Origin: Nannocystales bacterium
GTDB taxonomy: Bacteria; Myxococcota_A; Polyangia; Nannocystales; Nannocystaceae
Direction of reading: 5' to 3'
Assembly (NCBI GenBank): GCA_050633305.1
Contig: JBOEGF010000014.1
Coordinates: forward strand, 331,436 to 395,435
Length of the DNA stretch: 64,000 bases
A model generated the notes under the pieces. That model was not told the origin of the DNA. It ran no database searches and saw only the letters and a list, made by a program, of their open reading frames with translations. Positions 19,295 to 28,550 of the stretch are shown piece by piece. Both the position numbers and the translations under genes were made by a program. How positions within the stretch are numbered: the first letter of the stretch is position 1; each line of letters starts with the position of its first letter.

Positions 19295-19807
19295 ATGCTG
19301 CAGGTCCTGCTCGTTTCGGGCGTTGTGGGATGTAGCACCCCTCTCGACGCCGACCCGTCCGAAGGGGTGTTCGCAATTTCAGACTGCCGGCCGGACGCTC
19401 TCGAGCTTGGCGGTGTTGTTTGGGCTCGACCACGTGGGTTTGAGGTCGCGGATGTGGAGCGGTGGATGGCCTGGTGTCAGCAGCGACGCAAGGATGGGAG
19501 TGTGATCGTGGTTCACACGGAGGTCGACCACATTCTGGTCTACCGGGACGCGGAACTGAGGTCAGTCAGGTCCAGCTATTCTATTCAAGGCGCGGGTACC
19601 AGGCGATGGTCCGGGGTTGGAGATGATGGCCTGGCAGAGGGGATCTTGAAGATCTACTTCGGAGGAGTCTCAGGCATGTTCTACAACGGGGAGTGGGTCG
19701 GCTACGTCGCAGAGAAACAGGGGGCGTTGCGAGCTGGGCGACGTCCTCGGAGTACGACTTCGCATCGGGCCGTTGACACTCGGTCGGGGCCAACGGCGCA
19801 AGATTGA
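19295..19807 (+). CDS. Putative lipoprotein, candidate immunity protein of the Rhs tip
   Basis: ATG 10 nt after the Rhs stop; short hydrophobic leader ending in VVGC. Immunity role is inferred from position only. Confidence 0.55.
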   Translation: MLQVLLVSGVVGCSTPLDADPSEGVFAISDCRPDALELGGVVWARPRGFEVADVERWMAWCQQRRKDGSVIVVHTEVDHILVYRDAELRSVRSSYSIQGAGTRRWSGVGDDGLAEGILKIYFGGVSGMFYNGEWVGYVAEKQGALRAGRRPRSTTSHRAVDTRSGPTAQD

Positions 19808-20229
19808 TTCGAAGGTGTGTCCAGTCCCCGGCGCGGTCGTCGCCGGACCTTTCGAGCTGGAGGTTCGTTGTTAGCGGGCCGATTTGATGTCGTAGTCGGT
19901 TTCAAGTGTGACGTCGTATGCTCCGTGGCGGCTCGTACACTGACGTAGTGGAAACCGCCGCTGCGGTGCTGGAATGAAGGCCTCTCCCTCAGTGCGGGGG
20001 GAGGCGCTGAGCACCCTCGGAGAGCCCATGCGTGGGGAGGGGGAAGGAGCGTGGGCGAGGATTGTCGGTGTTGGGTGTTGGCCTTGGCTCAGAGTGTTCG
20101 ACGGCATCTTCGATCAAACCCGCGATGCTATTGCCGTACGCGACCGGTGGCCCGGTGACCCAGCCGCCGTCTTCGCTTCGACCTGTCGTGTGCATGTGTT
20201 ATTGAATGATGATGATGATGATTGGCAGG

Positions 20230-21645
20230 ATGTTTAGGTCGTCGATTCTGCCGACCTCCCGGGCCCTGATGACGACAGTCTTCATGTTCGCCGCCTGCAA
20301 CGGCGAAGAAGGAAGCGGTGATGGGGGCTCATCAGACACCGATGAGCCGTTTTCAGACCCGGATCCGGCGGGGTTGACGTGTAACGAACCTGGGGAAGGG
20401 GGGTGGGAGATTAGATGCGGGGTAGATGGAGTGAACGCCACCTATGGAGGCGAGATCCTCTTTCTTGCGAGTGGCCCCGCTTTTGGGGAGCCTCTGTGGC
20501 TCTTCGATGTGTTCCCCGGAGAGTCTGAGTGTTGTGGTGGGTGTCCTACGCTTCAAACCGTGCAGGAGAGTTGCCTTGCGAGCTGCAAAGAACAGCTGTG
20601 TAACATCCTGAAAACTCACCACGATGCCACGGCCTCCTCAGATGGGTTTTGTGGTGTTCCGAAGTTCAATATGGACGCGTGTCTGTCTTCGGGCTCCTAT
20701 ATCCAGCCGAGAAGGCGGGCGGTGGTAGGACTTTCAGGTTGTCAAATGACAAACGATGTGGCCGTCAACGCTCTGTGCGGGCCGGTCGAGGACGTTGTGC
20801 GGGATGAAACGTTTTTTCTGGGCGGCTCTTGTCTACCTAGCGAAGGATTACCTCCCTCTTGCGGCACCCCCGAGGCATCTGAGGTCGGGCGGACTGTGGT
20901 CGGGGGGCTCACTACCGACACTGCCACCGCGGGTGCGGGCTCCTTTGCTTCGATCTCCTGGACCTTCGGTGGCGAGAACGGGTTCTCGCGGACCGCGGAT
21001 GTCGATGTCGATGTCGCCTACGCCGACATGGAGTGTGGGGCCGAGCAGTGCTTCGCCCTCTCGCAGTTCGAGGCGTCCATTCCGACGAACTCGGTGGAGG
21101 GTCTTACAATCGAGAATGCACACTTCTACCTTTACAAGGCGAACGATGTTGTCCTCGGGCGGAAGGGTGACTTCAGGTACGAGGCGGGTGATGTCGAGGC
21201 GGTTCTCAGTGCGGACGTGAATGGGGTGCGGATCTCGGCCGTTGGCGCGTCGACACGCGCGGCGGTTGGTCACGTGTCTCCCTCGACGGGCGTCTTGTCT
21301 CTCCGCGAGCTGGAGTTCCAGTACACGTCCAAGGTCTTCGCGGCCACGCTCATGCTGTCAGTCGAGGGGGCATACACATCGAGGCGGCCGGTTGCGGACA
21401 TTGCGCTCGTCTCGGCGCCTGCGTCCTGCGCGGATCCTGTGGCGTTCACCGCCGCGAGTCGTGACTACGACGGCGATCCGTTGACCCATCATTGGGAGGT
21501 CGCGGGCGGCGGACAGCTGGGAGAGGGAGAGCTCTTCGAGGTTGCACTTTCTGAAGGAGAGCACCGAATTGTGCTTCGTAGCTCTGACGCAACGAGTCGG
21601 CACGGCTACACTTCGTTGGTCTATCGTCGCCGCTGCCAGCCATGA
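20230..21645 (+). CDS. Cys-rich lipoprotein with C-terminal PKD/Ig-like domain
   Basis: Lipobox FAAC, many Cys, and VAFTAASRDYDGDPLTHHW...LSEGEHRIVL. Confidence 0.75.
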   Translation: MFRSSILPTSRALMTTVFMFAACNGEEGSGDGGSSDTDEPFSDPDPAGLTCNEPGEGGWEIRCGVDGVNATYGGEILFLASGPAFGEPLWLFDVFPGESECCGGCPTLQTVQESCLASCKEQLCNILKTHHDATASSDGFCGVPKFNMDACLSSGSYIQPRRRAVVGLSGCQMTNDVAVNALCGPVEDVVRDETFFLGGSCLPSEGLPPSCGTPEASEVGRTVVGGLTTDTATAGAGSFASISWTFGGENGFSRTADVDVDVAYADMECGAEQCFALSQFEASIPTNSVEGLTIENAHFYLYKANDVVLGRKGDFRYEAGDVEAVLSADVNGVRISAVGASTRAAVGHVSPSTGVLSLRELEFQYTSKVFAATLMLSVEGAYTSRRPVADIALVSAPASCADPVAFTAASRDYDGDPLTHHWEVAGGGQLGEGELFEVALSEGEHRIVLRSSDATSRHGYTSLVYRRRCQP

Positions 21646-22796
21646 TGACCGACCGCGCGTTCTCGACATCTTGCGCTCATCCGCCGGGCTCCATCGCGTC
21701 GGCGGCCCGGCGCGGTCTGTTTGGGATCACGCTTTGCGGAATCCTCGGGGCGGGGTGCTCCGAGGACTCGCCCTGGGTCGAGACTCGGCACGCCCGGATC
21801 CAGGGAGAGCATGGGGTGTGCGCGGGCCTTGTGGCGTACGTCGACGAACGAATCGAGGTCACGGCGGACTGGTTCGAGCTCGAGCCTGGTCCGAAGATCG
21901 ACATCTACCTCGGCCAGAGCTACGTCGACGAGCAGCAGGAGAACTACGACTATCGGATTGGTGGAGTTGCGTACCGCCGAGACGGAGAGGTGAGTGTGTA
22001 CGCAAGAGGCGATACTCTCGGTCACGAAGTCGTTCACGCGGTTCGGTTTTCGAACGGACTGCTGCTGCCCAGGCTGATCGAGGAAGGGCTTGCGCTGCTC
22101 TACGACGGCGGAGAGTTCCACGCGAGCGGAGGCGGGGTTTCCTACAGGATCCCAGAGGGGGCCACGCTGCCCGACGATCCGCACTCCGCGTCGGTAGGGG
22201 TTGCAGCGACGTTTTCGGGGTGGTTGCACGAGACGTTGCCGCGTGAGGACTTTCTCCGCTTGGTCAACGATCCCGAGCTCAACCGCGGATACGGAGCGGC
22301 CAGCAACTGGGAGCGCATCGAAGCGGCCACAGGGATGAGCAAGGAGGTCCTGGAGGAGCGCTGGGCAAGCGAGGCGCAGCAGCACTACTCCGCGGTCCCA
22401 CGTTGCCGCCCGGAACGGACACACCGCCTCGAGGTCGGGGAACCGCTACTCATCGAGGACACAGTATCCTGCAGTGACTCGCCCACGACGTTCGGCCCCT
22501 ACCTCGTCTCGGACGCTCTCGTAGCCACGACGCAGCGGTGGCACTGCTTTCCGTTGGACGAACCCACGTCGGTGCGGATCACGGCATCGGGCCCGTCAGG
22601 GAGCGACCTCCTGTTCTACCGTGTCTACGACTCATGCCTGACGTCCTCTCCGCTCACCGAGGAGACCGCCGCCAAACAGATCGAACTTGGAACAACGGCC
22701 GAGTTCTCGTTCGGTGACTGCGAGTGGGTTGCGCGAGTTCGCAGCGATCCCGATACCGTCGGTGATGTCTCGATCACGATCGTCGCGGTGGAGTAG
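21642..22796 (+). CDS. Lipoprotein with gluzincin-like metallopeptidase motif
   Basis: Lipobox GAGC and GHEVVHAV...LIEEGLALLY; ATGA overlap with the upstream gene. Confidence 0.78.
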   Translation: MMTDRAFSTSCAHPPGSIASAARRGLFGITLCGILGAGCSEDSPWVETRHARIQGEHGVCAGLVAYVDERIEVTADWFELEPGPKIDIYLGQSYVDEQQENYDYRIGGVAYRRDGEVSVYARGDTLGHEVVHAVRFSNGLLLPRLIEEGLALLYDGGEFHASGGGVSYRIPEGATLPDDPHSASVGVAATFSGWLHETLPREDFLRLVNDPELNRGYGAASNWERIEAATGMSKEVLEERWASEAQQHYSAVPRCRPERTHRLEVGEPLLIEDTVSCSDSPTTFGPYLVSDALVATTQRWHCFPLDEPTSVRITASGPSGSDLLFYRVYDSCLTSSPLTEETAAKQIELGTTAEFSFGDCEWVARVRSDPDTVGDVSITIVAVE

Positions 22797-22908
22797 CGGC
22801 AGTGCCCTTCGCCGCGAAGGCCCTCAAGGGTCCGGCGGGTCGAGACCGACTTGGCGGCGCGTTTGCGCGAGCGGAGTCGGGTAAGGTGCGCGGCACTTGA
22901 GGGGAACG

Positions 22909-23129
22909 ATGAGACGGAGCTCGAGAGAGAAGGCCATCGCTGTGTGCACGGCCAAGATCGCAAAAAAGGCGAGGGCGTCGGGCTTTCGTTCTACGCGTTC
23001 TTCGCCAACAAGAACGACGACCCCGAGGCGCTGATGGAGGTCGCGCAGTGGTGGATCTCGACGCACCAGCTCGACCACTTCGAGAAGGCGGTGAAGATTC
23101 GAGACCTCCTGCTGTCGGAAGGGTCGTAG
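22909..23129 (+). CDS. Small protein (DUF6500-like from recall) split by a -1 frameshift at A_AAA_AAG
   Basis: GAGGGG then ATG 22909 gives MRRSSREKAIAVCTAKIAKK; the -1 frame continues GEGVGLSFYAFFANKNDDPEALMEVAQWWISTHQLDHFEKAVKI to TAG 23129. Confidence 0.65.
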
Positions 23130-23182
23130 GACTGTCGTCGGGTGGCCCGAGCTGGATCTACCCAAGACGCACCGCCGGTCCT

Positions 23183-23569
23183 ATGAAGAAACTCGGGATG
23201 CGGTGGATCTGGACGAGTTTCGGGGTGGTCTGTGTGGTTCTGGGTTCGGTTGGCGTGATCCTGCCGCTGTTGCCCACGACGCCGTTCCTGTTGCTCGCTG
23301 CCTACGCGTTCGGCAGGTCATCGCCCCGGATGCACGCGTGGATGATGAATCACCGGGTGTTTGGGCCGAGTCTGAGGCAGTGGTCCGAGTACGGTGCGGT
23401 CGGCCGCAAGGCAAAGGTGGCCGCGGTTTCGACGATGGTGGCGATGTTCGTCGCGGGGCTGATCCTCGGCGTCTCTGCCACGGTGGTCACGATTCAGGCG
23501 GTGGTGTTCGTCTTGTGTAGCCTCTACATCCTCACGCGACCGTCCCCTCCAAGCGAAGCCAGAGGGTGA
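23183..23569 (+). CDS. YbaN/DUF454 family membrane protein
   Basis: LGSVGVILPLLPTTPFLLLAAYAFGRSSPR...HRVFGP...W. Confidence 0.92.
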   Translation: MKKLGMRWIWTSFGVVCVVLGSVGVILPLLPTTPFLLLAAYAFGRSSPRMHAWMMNHRVFGPSLRQWSEYGAVGRKAKVAAVSTMVAMFVAGLILGVSATVVTIQAVVFVLCSLYILTRPSPPSEARG

Positions 23570-23614
23570 GGGCTGCGAGCGGCGGCGGCGGGTGGCGATG
23601 TGGGGCAGGGTCGC

Positions 23615-24001
23615 TCAGGGTGCGAGCCAGTCGCCGCTGGGGACGAGCTGCAAGTCGCTGACGTCACGCGCGAACTCGTAGACCCACGTGGGGATCGACG
23701 AGCCCGCAGCGTCGACGGTGATCTCGCGGCGTACGAACTCGTGCGGGGCGGGGTCCTCGGCGCTGCACCCTTCGTAGAAATCCAGGACGGGCCAGGCTGC
23801 GGCCGCCACGGAGGTCCACAGCTCGCCGACGACCCATCCGGCGTGCTGGTCGAGGACCAGGCCGGGGTACCCATCGACGACGTACAAGCGGCCGCGGACC
23901 CGAGCGGGGCCGGCGGGTGTGCCGTGCTCACGGAGGACGTCGTACATCTCGTGCGCGGCACCCTCGCGCAGGGAACCGTAGACGAACAGCGCGTCACTCA
24001 T
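23615..24001 (-). CDS. Gamma-glutamylcyclotransferase (AIG2-like) family protein
   Basis: LFVYGSLR, YPGLV, VVGEL, LDFYEG and WVY. Confidence 0.9.
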   Translation of the reverse strand: MSDALFVYGSLREGAAHEMYDVLREHGTPAGPARVRGRLYVVDGYPGLVLDQHAGWVVGELWTSVAAAAWPVLDFYEGCSAEDPAPHEFVRREITVDAAGSSIPTWVYEFARDVSDLQLVPSGDWLAP

Positions 24002-24032
24002 GTGGAGCGTCCGGGGGCGGCGCGTCCGGGGA

Positions 24033-24431
24033 CTAGAGGCGCTCGGAGGCGATGCCGACTTGCTCGATGCCGGCCTCGTGCGCGGCAGCCATCACGGTGA
24101 TGATGGCGCCGTACTTGGCTTTCTCGTCACCCTTGACCACGACCTTGTCGTCTTCTTGGGCCTTCTCGTTGTTCTTGAAGGCCTCGACCATCTGCTCGTA
24201 GCCGGGAGGGACGGGCGTCTTGCCGAGCTTGACCGAGCCGTCGGGCGCAACGGAGACAAGCAGCGATGCGTTGGGATCGGACGGGTTTTGCACGACCGAA
24301 TCCTGGGGAACGTTGAGCGGGATCTGCTCGTTCGCGGGCGTCGGCTGCGAGACCATGAAGATGATCAGCAGACTGAGCAAGACGTCCACCATCGGGGTGA
24401 CGTTGATCTCGGCGGACAGTCCATCGCTCAT
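24033..24431 (-). CDS. exbD: Biopolymer transporter ExbD/TolR
   Basis: AEINVTPMVDVLLSLLIIFMV and VVKGDEKAKYG...AAHEAGIEQVGI. Confidence 0.9.
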   Translation of the reverse strand: MSDGLSAEINVTPMVDVLLSLLIIFMVSQPTPANEQIPLNVPQDSVVQNPSDPNASLLVSVAPDGSVKLGKTPVPPGYEQMVEAFKNNEKAQEDDKVVVKGDEKAKYGAIITVMAAAHEAGIEQVGIASERL

Positions 24432-24593
24432 GGGCACGGCGAGCATACCCAAGGTGGGCAGACCTCGCCATGCCGGGCACAAGCAACCAGCGAGGAACGA
24501 GGAGACCCGGTCTGGGGGTGCCGCTATGGGCGTTCCGAGGGATCCCAGCGCAAAACCAACCCACGCTGCGGTGTTCGGGATAGACGGCCGCGC

Positions 24594-25580
24594 ATGCGCG
24601 CTCGCCGATTGTGGTCCTCGTTGCTCTCGCTCTCGCTGTATGGGTGCGCGGCTGCGTCCTCATCGCCCCCCGCGGTGGAGCCGGCGGGATCCTCGGTCGG
24701 CGGCTCGGTGGTGGTGCACGACTACACCGCAGAGCTTCTGGGGTTTTGGGGCGGGGACGCTTCGGCGCCGTTGGAGTCCCAGGTCGATGCGTTCGTGGCC
24801 GACGTGGCTGCGGCGCATCCAGAGCTCTACGGGGCGCAGGTGGTAGGGCTCGATTCCGGGGTTCCCGAGGCCGCGGCCCTTCGAGAGCGATTGCGCCTGT
24901 ACTTGCCCGCGGTCGAGCACGCGCGGCCGCGGATTCTCGAGGTTGCAGCGTCACTGCCCGTGGCAGTCGGGGGCGGCGTGCAGACGTTCGAGGAGCGCTT
25001 CCCGATCCCCGCAGGGGGTGCCCAGATCATCCTCACCGCGAGCTTGGGCTCCTTTGATGGGATGACCGCCGAACTGGAGGGGGTTCCGACGATCCTGCTC
25101 GCGGTCGATGGCATCGCTTTGTTCCACCCCGAGGACTACGACGTGCAGCCGCTCCTCCACCATGAGCTGTTCCATCTGCATCACGCCGAACGCTGGCAGG
25201 GGGCGCCAGCGGACTCGTTGGGTGCAGCGATGTGGCACGAGGGGCTCGCGACGTATGTCAGCGGTGTGCTCAACCCAGACGCGTCGGCGACCGAGATCTA
25301 CGGGACCCCGACATTGGTCCGCGAAGTGAAGGCTGAGCTTCCCAAGCTTGCGCTCGCGGCGGCAGATCAACTGGACTCGCAAGACCAGGCGGTCCTGGAT
25401 GTGTTCCTGACGGCGGGGACGGACGGCGAGTTTCCGCAGCGGTGCGGGTACGTTCTCGGGGCGCTTGTTGCCGAGGAGCTTGCGAAGACCATGACGCTCG
25501 ACGAACTCACGGAGTTGCGGGGAGAAGAGTTGACGGCGGCGCTGGGTGCCTCTCTGCGTGAACTCGCGCAGAGGGCATAG
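24594..25580 (+). CDS. Lipoprotein, putative Zn-dependent protease (DUF2268/DUF5700-like)
   Basis: Lipobox LYGC, HHELFH...WHEGLATY and GYVLG. Confidence 0.8.
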   Translation: MRARRLWSSLLSLSLYGCAAASSSPPAVEPAGSSVGGSVVVHDYTAELLGFWGGDASAPLESQVDAFVADVAAAHPELYGAQVVGLDSGVPEAAALRERLRLYLPAVEHARPRILEVAASLPVAVGGGVQTFEERFPIPAGGAQIILTASLGSFDGMTAELEGVPTILLAVDGIALFHPEDYDVQPLLHHELFHLHHAERWQGAPADSLGAAMWHEGLATYVSGVLNPDASATEIYGTPTLVREVKAELPKLALAAADQLDSQDQAVLDVFLTAGTDGEFPQRCGYVLGALVAEELAKTMTLDELTELRGEELTAALGASLRELAQRA

Positions 25581-25647
25581 CCCCAGGCGCGTTCCGAGGT
25601 GCACAACGCTGTGGCGAGGCTTCGCGCTGGCGCCTATCCTCTGCGCC

Positions 25648-26742
25648 GTGCCGCCCGCAGATCCCGTTGCGCTCAGTGCCACGCTGGAGGCCAAGCTTCT
25701 GGAACGCTTGGTCGGCGAGTGGGAGACCATCAACGTGGCATTCTTTCGCGAGGTGCTCCGGCGCCCCGTGTTTCGACTGAGCGACACACGGACGCAGCTG
25801 GGCCAGTGGAACCACAGCATGCGCGGACTCGAGATCTCGCGCCCGCTGGTGCTCGAGCACCCGTGGTCCGTGGTTGTCGAGGTGCTCAAGCATGAGGTCG
25901 CCCACCAGTTCGTCGACGAAGTGATGCGGGTCGACGAACCCCCGCACGGACCGACGTTCCGGCGGGTGTGCGAGCAGCTGGGGATCGCCGGGCATGCGCG
26001 GGCTGAGCTCCCGCCACCTCCGGTCGTTTCGGACGACCCGGAGAGTCGGGTGGTCCAGCGGATCCGCAAGCTGATGGCGCTGGCGGAGAGTCCCAATCAA
26101 CATGAAGCGGAGGCGGCTGCGATCGCTGCCCGGAAGCTGATGTTGCGCTTCAACATCGAGGTGGAGAAAGACGCTCCCGACGACGCCACCCGTTATGGGT
26201 TCCGCCATTTGGGACGACCCTCGGGGCGCATCCTCGAGCACGACCGCCGTCTGGCGATGATTCTCACCACGTACTTCTTCGTCGACGGACTCTGGGTTCC
26301 CGTCTACCGACCTCGAGAGGGCAAGCGTGGGAGCGTGCTCGAGATCTGTGGCTTGGAGGCCAACCTGGCGATGGCCGAGCACGTGCACACGTTCTTGTCT
26401 GCCACGGCGCTGCGTCTGTGGGACGCGTACCGAAAGACGACCGAGCAGACCTCCAATCGGGACCGGCAGGCGTTTCTCGCGGGGGTGATGGTGGGCTTCG
26501 AAGCCAAGCTCTCAACCCAGAATGAGCAGTTTCAGGAGCAGGGGCTGGTGTGGGTCCCGGGTGCTGAACGTGCGGCGTTCTTCAAGCGCCGCTACCCGAG
26601 GACCCAGACCGTTCGGCGAGGCGGGGCCACGCGCAACGATGCGTATGCGCAAGGGCAAGAAGCCGGGGGGAACATCGTGCTCTCGAAACCGGTGGAATCG
26701 AGCGGCACGTCGTCACGTCCCAAGGCGCTGCGGTCGGGCTGA
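25648..26742 (+). CDS. SprT-like metalloprotease plus DUF2786 domain protein
   Basis: LKHEVAHQ...HGPTFRRVC and RIRKLMALAESPNQHEAEAA. Confidence 0.85.
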   Translation: MPPADPVALSATLEAKLLERLVGEWETINVAFFREVLRRPVFRLSDTRTQLGQWNHSMRGLEISRPLVLEHPWSVVVEVLKHEVAHQFVDEVMRVDEPPHGPTFRRVCEQLGIAGHARAELPPPPVVSDDPESRVVQRIRKLMALAESPNQHEAEAAAIAARKLMLRFNIEVEKDAPDDATRYGFRHLGRPSGRILEHDRRLAMILTTYFFVDGLWVPVYRPREGKRGSVLEICGLEANLAMAEHVHTFLSATALRLWDAYRKTTEQTSNRDRQAFLAGVMVGFEAKLSTQNEQFQEQGLVWVPGAERAAFFKRRYPRTQTVRRGGATRNDAYAQGQEAGGNIVLSKPVESSGTSSRPKALRSG

Positions 26743-26775
26743 AGCCCAGACGCCAGGTGAAGTCCGCGAGTCGGA

Positions 26776-27345
26776 TCAGTAGCCGATCCGGAGCTGGTAG
26801 CGCGACGGACCGAGGCGTTCGAGCTCGAAGGCTTCAGGTTCGATCTCGCAGACGTCGAGGCCTCCACGCCAGATGCCGCAGGTGAACGGGAGCGGGTCCC
26901 AGACGTCGTCGAAGGATACGTGGACCAAGCCCGGCTGGACGCGGACGAGTTCGAGTGTCCCGTGTCCGTTGCAGATCGAGTAGGCCCGTGGGGCCAGGCG
27001 TGCCATCGAGGGGCAGTCGCGGCCCGCGACGGAGAAGATCGCTTTGCCGATCATCGTCCCCGTGAAGTGTGGGTAGAGGCCCCGTCCGAGTTCGAACAGT
27101 GCGGAGGCCAACGGGACACCTGGCGAAAGATCCGCGCAGGCTTGGATCAGGGCGGCGTTGTAGGCTCGACGTTCGACCTTCGCAAAGGGGACCGTGGGGA
27201 AGTCCGGGGCGGACTTTCCCACGCGTTGATACGCCCGAGAGATCAGGCCGTAGAACATGGCCCGCGTGTAGTCGTCGTTCGGACATTGAGAGACGTAGGG
27301 CCGCGCATCGAACTCGGCACGCACGTCGAAAGGCTCAAATGCCAC
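26776..27345 (-). CDS. DUF2378/TIGR02265-like myxobacterial protein
   Basis: YTRAMFY...ALFELGRGLYPHFTGTMIGKAIF...PRAYS pattern. Confidence 0.7.
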   Translation of the reverse strand: MAFEPFDVRAEFDARPYVSQCPNDDYTRAMFYGLISRAYQRVGKSAPDFPTVPFAKVERRAYNAALIQACADLSPGVPLASALFELGRGLYPHFTGTMIGKAIFSVAGRDCPSMARLAPRAYSICNGHGTLELVRVQPGLVHVSFDDVWDPLPFTCGIWRGGLDVCEIEPEAFELERLGPSRYQLRIGY

Positions 27346-27518
27346 GGCCGGACCATACCAGCCATTGGGCCGTTTGTCGGTTCTCGCCAGGGGCTAAATA
27401 ACGAAATCCTGCGCTTGAACCGCGTTTACTGGGCGGTTTCGGATCAGGCTATCGTTCCGCTCCGTGTTCGAAGTCGCGCCTGAGACGCTGGAGGGAGAGT
27501 AGTCTCGGCTCGTATTCC

Positions 27519-28550
27519 ATGCCGCAGTCCGACTCCACCAACCGTCAGCTCGTTCTCGCGCAACGTCCAAAGGGAGAGCCCAACGAGGACACGCTTCGTC
27601 TCGAAACAACCGCAGTCCCCACCGCGGGTGAAGGGCAGATGCTGCTTCGCAACGAATACCTCTCTCTGGATCCCTACATGCGTGGGCGAATGAGCGCGGC
27701 CAAGTCGTATGCCGAGCCCGTGAAGGTGGGCGCGGTGATGGTTGGGGGCACGGTCTCTCAGGTCGTGCACTCCAACCTGGATCGCTTTGAAGCGGGGGAC
27801 TGGGTCGTCGCATTCGGAGGGTGGCAGGACTACGCGCTGTCCGACGGGCGCGGGGTGGTGAGCCTCGGCAAGAACCCGGAGCACCCGACTTGGGGATTGG
27901 GGGTGTTGGGCATGCCCGGCTTGACCGCATATGCCGGCCTCACGCAGATTGGGCAACCCAAGGAAGGTGAGACGCTCGTTGTTGCCGCGGCGAGCGGACC
28001 GGTGGGGGCGACCGTTGGGCAGATCGGCAAGATCCTTGGGTGCCGGGTCGTGGGTATCGCGGGGGGTCCGAAGAAGTGCGCCCACGTCGTCGAGACACTC
28101 GGGTTCGACGCCTGCATTGACTACAAGGCGGAGGGGTTTCCAGACGCACTCAAGGATGCCGTTCCCGATGGCATCGACATCTACTTCGAGAACGTGGGTG
28201 GAGCGGTGTTCGACGCCGTGATGCCGTTGCTCAACACGTCCGCACGTATCCCCGTGTGCGGTGTGGTGTCGCAGTACAACGCCACGGCCTTGCCCGCGGC
28301 GCCCGACCGGATGAACTACCTGATGGGAACGCTGCTTCGGCTGCGGGCGACGATGCGCGGCTTCATCGTCTACGACGACTTCGGGCACTTGTACCCGGAG
28401 TTCGCGAAGGCGATGAGCGCTTGGGTGAAGGAGGGCAAGGTTCGCTACCGCGAAGAAGTGATCGAGGGTCTCGAGCAAGCCCCGGCCGCGCTCGTGGGAT
28501 TGCTGCGCGGCGAGGCGTTCGGCAAGCGTGTGATCCACGTTGGCGGGTGA
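27519..28550 (+). CDS. NADP-dependent oxidoreductase (CurA/YncB, prostaglandin reductase-like MDR)
   Basis: LSLDPYMRGRM, LGMPGLTAY, AASGPVG, YFENVGG and CGVVSQYN. Confidence 0.95.
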   Translation: MPQSDSTNRQLVLAQRPKGEPNEDTLRLETTAVPTAGEGQMLLRNEYLSLDPYMRGRMSAAKSYAEPVKVGAVMVGGTVSQVVHSNLDRFEAGDWVVAFGGWQDYALSDGRGVVSLGKNPEHPTWGLGVLGMPGLTAYAGLTQIGQPKEGETLVVAAASGPVGATVGQIGKILGCRVVGIAGGPKKCAHVVETLGFDACIDYKAEGFPDALKDAVPDGIDIYFENVGGAVFDAVMPLLNTSARIPVCGVVSQYNATALPAAPDRMNYLMGTLLRLRATMRGFIVYDDFGHLYPEFAKAMSAWVKEGKVRYREEVIEGLEQAPAALVGLLRGEAFGKRVIHVGG

